From Oscillospiraceae bacterium (GTDB lineage Bacteria > Bacillota > Clostridia > Oscillospirales > JAKOTC01), in assembly GCA_035353335.1 (NCBI GenBank), contig DAOPZJ010000004.1, positions 15,555 to 79,554 of the forward strand: DNA of 64,000 nucleotides. Reading direction: 5' to 3'. The translations under genes and the position numbers were made by a program. The notes under the pieces were generated by a model that had not been told where the DNA came from, made no database searches, and saw only the letters and a program-made list of their open reading frames with translations. Shown one piece after another: positions 52,301-61,272 of the stretch. Numbering within the stretch: the stretch's first letter is position 1; every line of letters starts with the position of its first letter.

Positions 52301-52417
52301 ATCATTACCTCCCGTCCGGAATTTGTTAAATTTCAACCCCATTATAGCGCCGGGATTGCAATAAAAAAATAAACAGATATAATAAAAGATATAGAAAATG
52401 AAACCGGAGGGACGACG

Positions 52418-53335
52418 GTGATTTTTAAACTCAACCTCGAAAAAGATTTTACGGTAAATCTGATCGGGCACTCGATCTGCGCGCAGGGTTGGTGCATTCC
52501 CGACCGGTTTATTCCCGATATCGAGATGATCGCGGTGCGCAGCGGCATGATGCGCTGCAGAGTCGGCGAAAATATATTCGATGTGCATGAGAGCGAAGTC
52601 ATCTTGGTGCCGCCCGGCGAGGTATTTTGCCAGTCCGCCCCTGACGGCCCCTGCCGTGCTTATTACACGCATTATTCGGTGTTTACCGAGCAGCTTGAAC
52701 AAGCCGATATCCCTTCGGCGGTCACGGAGATAAATGAGCCGAAATCCGGAAAGACGTCCTATTTTTTCGAACTCAAACAACCGTCCTCCGCTGAGATGGC
52801 GGTTTGTCTTCCACCGGTGATCAGGACGGGAAAATTCCGGGATGAGGTCTGGACATTATTCGAGCGCGCGTTACTTGAGCGCAATCGACCCGCCGCTAGG
52901 TATCAAATCATGATCTCGTTTTACATCCGGCAGATTTTGATTTTATTATATCGCGCCTGCCTGAACGAGGCTCCCGAAGCGGCAAAGGGTGAAAAGGAAC
53001 AAAAAAAAGTGGTGCAGGAAGCCCTGCACCATATCAAAAACCACTATTCCGAAGAAATCGATATCCAGCAGCTAAGCAGGCGGCTGTTTGTTTCGTATCA
53101 ATATTTGACGCGCCAGTTTAAGCTGAGTACGGGCGTTTCCCCGGTCAAGTATCTCAATCGACTGCGGATTGATGAGGCCAAAAAGCGCATCCGCACCACC
53201 GGTCGGACATTAGAGCAGATTGCACGCGAAGTCGGCTTTGAAAACGGGTACTATTTTAGCCGGGTCTTTCGGCAATACGAGGGAATTTCACCTTCAAAAT
53301 ATCGCAGTTGGCTCAACAGTAAAAACAATGAATAA
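52418..53335 (+). CDS. AraC family transcriptional regulator
   Basis: The C-terminus IQQLSRRLFVSYQYLTRQFKLSTGVSPVKYL...GFENGYYFSRVFRQYEG is AraC-type. Confidence 0.85.
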   Translation: MIFKLNLEKDFTVNLIGHSICAQGWCIPDRFIPDIEMIAVRSGMMRCRVGENIFDVHESEVILVPPGEVFCQSAPDGPCRAYYTHYSVFTEQLEQADIPSAVTEINEPKSGKTSYFFELKQPSSAEMAVCLPPVIRTGKFRDEVWTLFERALLERNRPAARYQIMISFYIRQILILLYRACLNEAPEAAKGEKEQKKVVQEALHHIKNHYSEEIDIQQLSRRLFVSYQYLTRQFKLSTGVSPVKYLNRLRIDEAKKRIRTTGRTLEQIAREVGFENGYYFSRVFRQYEGISPSKYRSWLNSKNNE

Positions 53336-53384
53336 AAATTATTTGATTTTTATGGAATCGCGAATATGTTATACTGATTAACGA

Positions 53385-54839
53385 ATGGAGTGGATGATGA
53401 TGATCACAAAAATCGCACCCTACGAACCGTTTGAACAAGGCGCGCCCAGATTGAACATGCCGGGCGTTTACGGGGCATCCCCCGGAAAACCCGTGCTTTT
53501 TAAAATTCCCGCCGTGGGCAAAACGCCTTTGCGTTTTTCCTGCACGCCTAAATTGCCGGACGGGTTGACGCTTGATACGGACATCGGAATTCTTTCCGGA
53601 ATCGTGGAAATCGCCGGGGAATATCCGATCAAAATCATTGTTGAGAATGCTCTCGGGCGAACCGAAAAACCGCTTTTACTGCGAATTTGCAAAGACGGCG
53701 TCTGCCGTACCCCGCTGCTCGGATGGACGAGTTGGAACGCGTTTCGCAATCGTATTACGCAAAATGATATCGCACAGACCGCTAAGCTGCTCGACGAGAC
53801 GGGTCTTTCGGCTTATGGCTATCAATATGTCAACATCGACTCGGGCTGGCAGGGCGAATACGGCGGAAAACACAACGCCATCCAACCAAACGCCAAATTT
53901 CCTGGCATGAAAGCGCTGGCTGATGAAGTCCACGCAAGCGGACTCAAACTCGGCATCTATTCCACACCAATGCAGCGGGCTTGGGGCGGCGGCGAATACC
54001 CCGGCTGCACGCGCGGAAAACTCGACAAGACCAATATGGATGCCTATTACGGCATCGGCTGTGATCACTTTGAAAAAAACAACGTCGAGCAGTGGGCCGA
54101 GTGGGGAATCGATTATCTCAAATACGACTGGACGCCCTGCGATATCAAAAACGCAGATTTAATGAAACAGTGTTTGCTAAATAGTGCGCGGGATTTTGCT
54201 TATTGCATCACGGTCAAAGCGGGCATTGAAGACGCATCCTACTGGAGTGAAAATTGCAGTTCATGGCGTGACAACACCGACACCGACGACCGGTGGGAGA
54301 GCATTATCGCTCGCTTTTCGAATGATTTTTGGGCTGAACATTGTAATCCGGGGCACTTTTACGATCTCGATATGTTGGATACCGGCGTTATCGACGGGCA
54401 TAAGAACCGACTGACGCCGGACGAGCAATTGATCTCGTTTTCAATTCGGGCAATTTTCCCGTCCCCGATTCAACTAAGCTGCGACCTGTCCAAACTGACC
54501 GAATTTGATTTGGCGATGCTGTGCAACGATGAAATTTTGGCGATTAATCAAGATATTCTCGGACTCGGCGCGGTCTGCATCTTTGAACAGCGAACCCGTA
54601 CCATGGACAGAAGCGAAAAAGAGAACCTGAAGATCTATATAAAACCATTATCAGACGGCACATCGGCGATTGGGTTTTTTAACCTCGGCGAAACGGAAGC
54701 CATAATGCCGCTTCCGGTTGAAAAAGGTGCGGTGATTCGTGACCTCTGGGCCAAGGAGGATATTATAGTTCGAGAACCGACATTAATTTTACAGCCGCAT
54801 ACCTGCAGAATGCTGAAAGCCGTAAACATAATCCGCTGA
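53385..54839 (+). CDS. Glycoside hydrolase family 27 alpha-galactosidase-like enzyme with N-terminal Ig-like domain
   Basis: TPLLGWTSWNAF, YQYVNIDSGWQ, GIDYLKYDW. Confidence 0.8.
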   Translation: MEWMMMITKIAPYEPFEQGAPRLNMPGVYGASPGKPVLFKIPAVGKTPLRFSCTPKLPDGLTLDTDIGILSGIVEIAGEYPIKIIVENALGRTEKPLLLRICKDGVCRTPLLGWTSWNAFRNRITQNDIAQTAKLLDETGLSAYGYQYVNIDSGWQGEYGGKHNAIQPNAKFPGMKALADEVHASGLKLGIYSTPMQRAWGGGEYPGCTRGKLDKTNMDAYYGIGCDHFEKNNVEQWAEWGIDYLKYDWTPCDIKNADLMKQCLLNSARDFAYCITVKAGIEDASYWSENCSSWRDNTDTDDRWESIIARFSNDFWAEHCNPGHFYDLDMLDTGVIDGHKNRLTPDEQLISFSIRAIFPSPIQLSCDLSKLTEFDLAMLCNDEILAINQDILGLGAVCIFEQRTRTMDRSEKENLKIYIKPLSDGTSAIGFFNLGETEAIMPLPVEKGAVIRDLWAKEDIIVREPTLILQPHTCRMLKAVNIIR

Positions 54840-54848
54840 GGATGCTGA

Positions 54849-54904
54849 TATAGTGAAGCCGCTTACCATTTATTCTTACCTTGGTTTTCTAGTAGCTTCA
54901 CAAT
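54849..54904. repeat. GTGAAGCC...GCTTCAC palindromic element, copy 4
   Basis: ATATAGTGAAGCCGCTTACC...TAGTAGCTTCACAAT. Confidence 0.7.
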
Positions 54905-54997
54905 GGATACAATAATAAAGGGCCGATTGCAAATGAACTGCAGCGGCCTTTTTGGTTGTTGCTGACATTTATAAACACTGTGCGGTTACTGTTTTTT

Positions 54998-55810
54998 TTA
55001 CGCCCGAACCATTCCGTAAAAGTGCAAAATGTTCATATCCTCAATCATCTTGCTGCCGTGAGAACCGCGATTTCCCGCGGTTTCGTGCTGCCCGTGGTCG
55101 GGCGCATAGCACAGAAGGGTGTTATGGTCAGTATAGTGTTGTTTGATGGTTTTCACGATTTCGTCAAAGCACTCCGCTTCAATGGAAATGGCGTTTAGCG
55201 CCTGTTTGGACTCCGGGCCGAACGCGTGCGCGGCGCTGTCGTATTCAAACGTATGGATGCTGATGAGGTCATATTTGTTTTCGGTAATCAAACGTTGGGA
55301 GGTTTCTTTGATTCGGATTGCGTTGGGCTCTTCAAAGTAATCCAGTTCACGCCCGGCGAAAATGTGCAAAAACGAGGAATCCGTGCCGGCGACAATGGCG
55401 ATTTTCTTCCCTTGTGCCAGCAGCACATCATACAGAGTTTCGCATTCCAGCTTCGGTCTGACATAGGTGAGAATGCCGTGCACCTCAGGCTCCACGCCGG
55501 TATACATGGACGCGTGGGCGACCGGGGTGACCGATTCCACGGTACTGCACATGGGCAGCGCCATTTGCGTATGCGCATACACAGGTGCAAACAGCGAAAT
55601 TTCTTTTTGCCACACATACATGGGCACAGCATCGGCATGGTATATCACCGCGCGGTCGGCAAAAAAGGACAGACGGTCGGTCAAAATATCCATCGCCCAT
55701 TGAATCGGCTGTTCAAATTGTTTCGGCAGTTGGAAGCCCATGCAGTAAGCGAGGTTGCCCGCAAAATGCTGAAGCGGCAAAGCATTATAATGATCCATAT
55801 TGAAAAGCAC
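54998..55810 (-). CDS. Alkaline-phosphatase-superfamily (type I phosphodiesterase/nucleotide pyrophosphatase-like) protein
   Basis: 270 aa. HTFEYDSAAHAFGP and PDHGQHE...GSHGS resemble metal-ligand segments of the family. Confidence 0.6.
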   Translation of the reverse strand: MLFNMDHYNALPLQHFAGNLAYCMGFQLPKQFEQPIQWAMDILTDRLSFFADRAVIYHADAVPMYVWQKEISLFAPVYAHTQMALPMCSTVESVTPVAHASMYTGVEPEVHGILTYVRPKLECETLYDVLLAQGKKIAIVAGTDSSFLHIFAGRELDYFEEPNAIRIKETSQRLITENKYDLISIHTFEYDSAAHAFGPESKQALNAISIEAECFDEIVKTIKQHYTDHNTLLCYAPDHGQHETAGNRGSHGSKMIEDMNILHFYGMVRA

Positions 55811-55850
55811 CTTTCGTTTTTATCGACTTTTGAGCGGCGTTATATATTAT

Positions 55851-55907
55851 ATTGTGAAGCCCCTCTTATCGCTTATCTCCGCCTTGATTTTTAAGCGGCT
55901 TCACAAT
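55851..55907. repeat. GTGAAGCC...GGCTTCAC palindromic element, copy 5
   Basis: ATTGTGAAGCCCCTCTTATCGCTTATCTCC...TTAAGCGGCTTCACAAT. Confidence 0.7.
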
Positions 55908-55962
55908 ATTAAACCAAAAAAGGCCGTTGCAAACGGCAACAGCCCTTGTTGTAACTCACCTA

Positions 55963-56244
55963 TTACTGTTTTCTAAAGCAATCGCTGCAGTAGACGGGAC
56001 GGTCGCTGCGCGGTTCAAAAGGAACCTTGCAGGATTTTCCGCATTCCGCGCAAACTGCATCGTACATTTTACGCGGACCTGCGCCGTTGCCGCCGCCGGT
56101 GCTGGCTTTACGGGCACTGCGGCAGGCTTTGCAGCGCTGCGGCTCGTTTGTGAAGCCCTTTTCCGCGTGAAATTCCTGCTCGCTGGCAGTGAAAGTGAAT
56201 TGTTGACCGCAGTCTTTGCAGGTCAGGATTTTGTCTTTGTACAT
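55963..56244 (-). CDS. Zinc-ribbon protein with four CxxC pairs
   Basis: 93 aa. CKDCG...CKACR...CAECG...CSDCF. Confidence 0.65.
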   Translation of the reverse strand: MYKDKILTCKDCGQQFTFTASEQEFHAEKGFTNEPQRCKACRSARKASTGGGNGAGPRKMYDAVCAECGKSCKVPFEPRSDRPVYCSDCFRKQ

Positions 56245-56396
56245 GAAATACCTCTTTAATTATTTGCAAATCTTTTGATTCGCTACCTTATCATACAGTA
56301 TGATTAACTAAAATGCAACTAATATTTTTAAAATAACGAAAATAATCCGAGAAAATGCTGATTAAAATAAAAATTATGCCGAAAACAGCCGTAATT

Positions 56397-56735
56397 TTAA
56401 GTTAATTTCTTATGACTCTCTCTTTTTTTCCGCAATATGCTTACCGCAACCGCGGCAAGCGTCACACAAGCGCAGCCTGCCAAAAATCCGATCCGGAGCG
56501 AATGCTGTTTTTTGAGCCGATGGGAGAGATCGTCGTAACCGCTGCCGATGTTGATGTCCGAGACCTCAGGCCTGCGAACCGTTAATTTCGCGGTTCTTGC
56601 GTATTGCTGGTATTGCTTACGGCAGGCGGAGCAGACGCGCAGGTGTTCCCGGACGGCTTCACGGGTTGAGACGCTGAGTGTATTATCCCGATACAGAGTG
56701 ATCATATCCAAAACGGCGTCACAGTTCAAGTTCAT
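56397..56735 (-). CDS. zf-HC2-type anti-sigma factor, single TM
   Basis: HLRVCSACRKQY motif, a C-terminal TM helix, and overlap with the sigma gene. Confidence 0.75.
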   Translation of the reverse strand: MNLNCDAVLDMITLYRDNTLSVSTREAVREHLRVCSACRKQYQQYARTAKLTVRRPEVSDINIGSGYDDLSHRLKKQHSLRIGFLAGCACVTLAAVAVSILRKKRESHKKLT

Positions 56736-57228
56736 TTTTCAATTCCTCCGTCAGCATTTTTTTGGCGCGAAAATAAATGACCTTTGCTGAGTTTTCGCTG
56801 ATTCCGAGTGCCTCCGCGACTTCGGTAAAGGGAAGCTCGGCATAGATGCGCAAGATTACGACATCGCGGTATTTATCGGGCAATTTGTGCACCAGCCGTT
56901 TGACCGAATCACAGACCGCCCTGCGTATCAATGAATCCTCCGGATTGTCGAGATTCGTCCGGCAGAAAGCATCGGTAACCAGATCGGTGTTGATGGCATC
57001 AAGGCCCTGATTATGTTTGCGCAAGTATTTATAATAGGTGTGTTTTGCGATTGCGGCGAGCCAGGTAAACAGCTCGCTCTTTCCTTTGAAGCGGTGAAAA
57101 GCCGAAAAGGCCTGAAAAAAAGTCTCCTGTGTCAGTTCTTCGGATAAAAGCGCGTCGCCGCAGAGCGCGAACAGGAATGCATGAACGCGGGAGGCGTTTT
57201 CACGGTAGATTTTTTCAAATGGGTCCAA
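56719..57228 (-). CDS. ECF RNA polymerase sigma factor
   Basis: TTG start with a GAGGTG RBS. Region 2 (LSEELTQETFFQAF) and region 4 (LPFTEVAEALGISENSAKVIYFRAKKML). Confidence 0.85.
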   Translation of the reverse strand: MDPFEKIYRENASRVHAFLFALCGDALLSEELTQETFFQAFSAFHRFKGKSELFTWLAAIAKHTYYKYLRKHNQGLDAINTDLVTDAFCRTNLDNPEDSLIRRAVCDSVKRLVHKLPDKYRDVVILRIYAELPFTEVAEALGISENSAKVIYFRAKKMLTEELKNELEL

Positions 57229-57387
57229 TTCGCACCTCTTTTCCTCTTTGATAAATGCTTAATATAGTTAGTACCCGTTTACGGGTAAAAGTTACAAAAT
57301 ATTTTTTTAAAACTGATTAAAATATTGTAACTTTCTCCCGTTTGATCGGACTAACTCTCTGTGGCTGAATCCACGGGAGGAACATGA

Positions 57388-58353
57388 ATGAGTTTTAAAA
57401 TCGTCGGCACGGGCATGTGCGTGCCGGAACGCATCGTCACAAACGACGAGCTTTCACAGTTGGTCGACACCAATGACGAGTGGATTTCACAGCGGGTGGG
57501 TGTTCGTCAAAGACATATCTGCACTTCGGAGACAACAACGGATTTAGCGTTCACAGCCGCCAAACGCGCGCTCGACGACTGCGGCATGAAAGCCGAGGAA
57601 CTGGACCTGATCTTAGCTGCCACAGTCAGCGGAGATACTGTGACGCCGTCTCTTTCCTGCGTGATTCAAAAAAGGCTCGGGGTACATTGCATGGCGATGG
57701 ACATCAGCGCGGCATGTTCGGCGTTTGTGTTTTTGCTCGAAACGGCGGCCTGCTTTTTCGCCCGCGGCACATCGCACAGCGAGTATCAAAATATTCTCGT
57801 CGTGGGTGCGGAACGCCTGAGCCGGATCACGGACTGGGAAGATCGCTCGTCCTGTGTGATCTTCGGTGACGGGGCGGGGGCTGCGGTGCTCTCCCGCGGC
57901 GAAAATTATCTCGACGCCGTATTCACGGTAACAGGAGACGAAAATGCGCTGCGGGTTCCGAATTACGCCGGGAAGAGCCCGTTTTCGATGCTCGCGCCCG
58001 AATCGCCCTATATCCATATGAGCGGGCAGGAGGTCTACAAGTATGCAGTTCTGTCGATGGCGCAGGATATCGGCACGCTGTTAACCCGAAACGGCCTCTC
58101 GGCAGATGCCTTAAAATTCATTATACCACACCAGGCCAACCGGCGCATCATCGAAGCGGCGGCAGAGCGCTCGGGCATACCGATCAATAAGTTTGTGATC
58201 AACATCGACCGTTACGGCAACACCTCATCGGCCAGCATTCCGATTGCGCTGGACGAACTCAACAAAGAGGGTAAACTGGAAAAAGGCGATCTGCTGCTGC
58301 TGACGGCATTCGGCGGAGGTCTTGCAAGCGCATCCTGCCTGTTAAAATGGTAA
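57388..58353 (+). CDS. fabH: 3-oxoacyl-ACP synthase III
   Basis: The active-site context DISAACSAF, HQANRRI and GNTSSASIP form the Cys-His-Asn triad. Confidence 0.9.
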   Translation: MSFKIVGTGMCVPERIVTNDELSQLVDTNDEWISQRVGVRQRHICTSETTTDLAFTAAKRALDDCGMKAEELDLILAATVSGDTVTPSLSCVIQKRLGVHCMAMDISAACSAFVFLLETAACFFARGTSHSEYQNILVVGAERLSRITDWEDRSSCVIFGDGAGAAVLSRGENYLDAVFTVTGDENALRVPNYAGKSPFSMLAPESPYIHMSGQEVYKYAVLSMAQDIGTLLTRNGLSADALKFIIPHQANRRIIEAAAERSGIPINKFVINIDRYGNTSSASIPIALDELNKEGKLEKGDLLLLTAFGGGLASASCLLKW

Positions 58354-58387
58354 CATTCGAAATATAAAAAATAAAGGAGAAATTGAC

Positions 58388-58612
58388 ATGGTAACCGAAA
58401 AAATCAAATCACTGTTAGTCGAAAAGCTTGAGTACGACGCCTCTAAAATCACGAACGAGACCATTATGACCGATCTCGGCATCGATTCGCTTGACATCAC
58501 AGAGTTGGTCATGGATCTCGAAAACGAATATAAAATCGAGATCGAACTGGCTGAAGACATTAAAACGGTAGCCGATCTGGCAAACGTCATTGAAGAAAAG
58601 ATAAAGGGTTAA
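58388..58612 (+). CDS. acpP: Acyl carrier protein
   Basis: 74 aa with the phosphopantetheine site LGIDSLD. Confidence 0.9.
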   Translation: MVTEKIKSLLVEKLEYDASKITNETIMTDLGIDSLDITELVMDLENEYKIEIELAEDIKTVADLANVIEEKIKG

Positions 58613-58615
58613 ATT

Positions 58616-59566
58616 ATGATCAAATCAATTATTTGCGAACGGTTAGGCATCCGTTATCCGGTGTTTCAGGGCGGTATGGCCTGGATCGCCGACGGGAAAC
58701 TGGCCGCCGCCGTCTCGAATGCGGGCGGACTCGGTCTGATTTCGGCGATGAACGCGGGGCCCGATTATCTGCGTGAGCAAATTTCGGTCGCCCGTTCGCT
58801 GACCGATCAGCCGTTCGGCGTCAACATCATGCTGCAAAGTCCGTTTGCCGAACAGGTTGCCGATGTGGTCGCCGAAGAGAAAGTCAAAGTCGTAACCACC
58901 GGAGCGGGTATGCCGACCGATTTTATGGCGCGCTGGAAGGCCGCAGGCGTTGTAATTATCCCGGTGATCGCCTCGGTGGCGATGGCGCAGAAGATGGAAA
59001 AACTGGGCGCTGACTCCGTCATCGCTGAAGGTGAGGAATCCGGCGGGCATATCGGCGAACTGACGACGATGGCTATGGTACCGCAGGTGTGCGATGCGGT
59101 GAAAATCCCCGTGATCGCAGCGGGCGGCATCGGCGACGGCAGAGGCATGGCGGCGGCATTGATGCTCGGGGCGTGCGCAGTCCAGATGGGCACGCGGTTT
59201 TTGGTCGCCAAGGAGTGCGGCGTACATCAAAATTATAAGGATATGGTGCTCAAAGCGACTGATATTTCGACCGTCACAACCGGACGGCGTTTTGCCGCAA
59301 GCACTTGTCGTCAGCTGAAGAATCAATTCAGCCGGAATTTTAAACAGGTTGAATTTTTACCCGAGACCACGGTTGAAATGATCAACGCACTCGGCGTCGG
59401 CTCTTTACGAAAAGCGGCTGTCGAGGGCGACACCAAAGCCGGATGCTTTTTGGCGGGGCAGATTGCGGGAATGGTAAACCGCGAGCAGACCGCCGAGGAG
59501 ATCATCACCGAGGTTGTCGGACAGGCGGAAACGCTGCTCAAAGGGGCCTGCAAATGGGTCGGATAG
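58616..59566 (+). CDS. fabK: Enoyl-ACP reductase II (FMN-dependent, nitronate monooxygenase family)
   Basis: PVFQGGMAWI and AAGGIGDGRG motifs, plus its position in the fab cluster. Confidence 0.85.
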   Translation: MIKSIICERLGIRYPVFQGGMAWIADGKLAAAVSNAGGLGLISAMNAGPDYLREQISVARSLTDQPFGVNIMLQSPFAEQVADVVAEEKVKVVTTGAGMPTDFMARWKAAGVVIIPVIASVAMAQKMEKLGADSVIAEGEESGGHIGELTTMAMVPQVCDAVKIPVIAAGGIGDGRGMAAALMLGACAVQMGTRFLVAKECGVHQNYKDMVLKATDISTVTTGRRFAASTCRQLKNQFSRNFKQVEFLPETTVEMINALGVGSLRKAAVEGDTKAGCFLAGQIAGMVNREQTAEEIITEVVGQAETLLKGACKWVG

Positions 59567-60465
59567 CGTTTCTATTCTCGGGGCAGGGCGCGCAGTTTCC
59601 GGGTATGGCAAAAGAATTTTACGAAACCGGCGCCATTGTTCGGGAATTGTTTGACGCGGCGGAAGTGATTCGCCCCGGGACTCTGCGGCAGTGTTTTGAA
59701 GGCACGCCCGAGGAACTCAAGCAGACCGAAAATACGCAGCCGTGTCTATATTTAGCTGACTTTGCGGCGGCAATTGCGGCGCGTGAAGCGGGAATCAAAC
59801 CGGACACGGCGGCGGGATTTTCACTCGGCGAGCTGCCCGCGCTGGCGTTCGCCGGAGCTTTCGATCCGTTGGACGGTTTTCGGCTGGTCTGTGAGCGAGG
59901 TCGAATCATGGCAAAGTACGCAAGCAAGATCAAAGCGTCGATGATGGCGGTGGTCAAACTGCCGCATGAGACGGTCGAATCCGTTTGCGCCGAATTCGAC
60001 GGAGTCTGGCCGGTGAACTACAACACACCGGAACAGCTTGTAGTGTCCGGATTGGACGAACAACTGAAGCTGTTTGAGGAAAAAATCCGCGAAAAGGGAG
60101 GTCGGTGCGTTCCGCTTGCAGTCGGCGGGGGTTTTCATTCTCCGTTAATGGACGGCGCGGCAGAAGAATTTGAAAAAGCGCTTGAAAAATATGAAATCAG
60201 AACACCTGTTTTGCAGTGCTATACCAACTGTACAGGGGAACCGTATACAAAAAACCCGAAATATTTATTAAACCGGCAGATCAATCACCCGGTCCGTTGG
60301 CAGCAAACCGTCTCGGCAATGCTCGCCGACGGCGTGACTGTTTTTATCGAGACCGGAGTGGGATCGGTACTGACCAAAATGGTGCAGCGTATGGCTCCCG
60401 GGGCCGTCTGGCGTTCGGTGCAGACGCCGCGGGAAATCGAACTCGTTTTGGAGGAACTAAAATGA
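59554..60465 (+). CDS. fabD: Malonyl-CoA:ACP transacylase
   Basis: The start MGRIAFLFSGQGAQFPGM lies at 59554. The active site is GFSLGE. Confidence 0.9.
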   Translation: MGRIAFLFSGQGAQFPGMAKEFYETGAIVRELFDAAEVIRPGTLRQCFEGTPEELKQTENTQPCLYLADFAAAIAAREAGIKPDTAAGFSLGELPALAFAGAFDPLDGFRLVCERGRIMAKYASKIKASMMAVVKLPHETVESVCAEFDGVWPVNYNTPEQLVVSGLDEQLKLFEEKIREKGGRCVPLAVGGGFHSPLMDGAAEEFEKALEKYEIRTPVLQCYTNCTGEPYTKNPKYLLNRQINHPVRWQQTVSAMLADGVTVFIETGVGSVLTKMVQRMAPGAVWRSVQTPREIELVLEELK

Positions 60466-61199
60466 TGTTACAGGGAAAGGTTGCGGTCGTGACCGGCGGT
60501 TCACGGGGCATCGGGCGCGCAATCTGCTTGAAATTAGCCGAAGAGGGCGCTTCGGTCGCGTTTTTATTTGCCGGGAATACCGAAAGCGCAGAAAAGACGC
60601 TTGCCGAATTAAAAGCGCTCGGAACGAAGGCGGCTTGTTACCGCAGCGATGTCTCGGATTTTGCGGCGGTCTCCGCTGTGTTCGGCGAGATTGTTAAAGA
60701 GTTCGGAACCGTCGATATTTTAATCAACAATGCGGGCATCACCTGTGATAAGTTAATGCTAGCGATGATAGAAGACGAATTCGACCGTGTGGTAAATGTC
60801 AATTTAAAAGGCGCGTTCAACACCATCAAGCAGGTCTATCCGATTTTTGCGCGCAAGCGTTCGGGTAAGATTATTAACATCTCCTCGATCGCGGGTATCA
60901 CGGGCAACGCCGGGCAAGTGAATTACGCTTCCGCCAAAGCCGGGTTAATCGGCTTGACAAAATCGGTGGCGCGCGAACTCGCGGGGCGCGGAATTTGCTG
61001 CAACGCGGTGGCTCCCGGCTTTATCGAAACCGATATGACCGCCGCAACGCCGCTCAATCAGCAAATGCTTGCGTCGGTACCTCTAAACCGCATGGGAAAA
61101 CCGGAGGAAGTGGCCGAACTCGTGTCTTTTTTGGCTTCTCCGAAAAGCGATTATATCACCGGAAGCGTAATTCAAATCGACGGCGGCCTGGCAATGTGA
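60462..61199 (+). CDS. fabG: 3-oxoacyl-ACP reductase
   Basis: ATGA overlap with fabD. TGGSRGIG, NNAG and YASAKAG are the SDR motifs. Confidence 0.9.
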   Translation: MMLQGKVAVVTGGSRGIGRAICLKLAEEGASVAFLFAGNTESAEKTLAELKALGTKAACYRSDVSDFAAVSAVFGEIVKEFGTVDILINNAGITCDKLMLAMIEDEFDRVVNVNLKGAFNTIKQVYPIFARKRSGKIINISSIAGITGNAGQVNYASAKAGLIGLTKSVARELAGRGICCNAVAPGFIETDMTAATPLNQQMLASVPLNRMGKPEEVAELVSFLASPKSDYITGSVIQIDGGLAM

Positions 61200-61272
61200 A
61201 TATTCGAAGGGAAGAAGTGTTTTCGGTAAAATCGATTTTTTTATCAAGCATTATAGAGAGGATGAAAACAAC

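Noticed and set aside
52301-52780. The 5' extension of the GH31 ORF (track 50285..52780, 831 aa).
   Set aside because: The extension overlaps the divergent AraC gene and its promoter region and has no GH31-like sequence. The ATG at 52300 with a GGAGG RBS gives a normal N-terminus. The same reasoning was applied to over-extended track ORFs for the FAD subunit (15677..15955), fRMsr (28329..28499), fabD, fabG, arsC, accB and the histidine kinase.
57292-57323. A sigma-70 promoter for fabH (TTACAA ... TAAAAT).
   Set aside because: The spacer between the two hexamers is 20 nt, which is outside the functional range. No confident promoter call was made.
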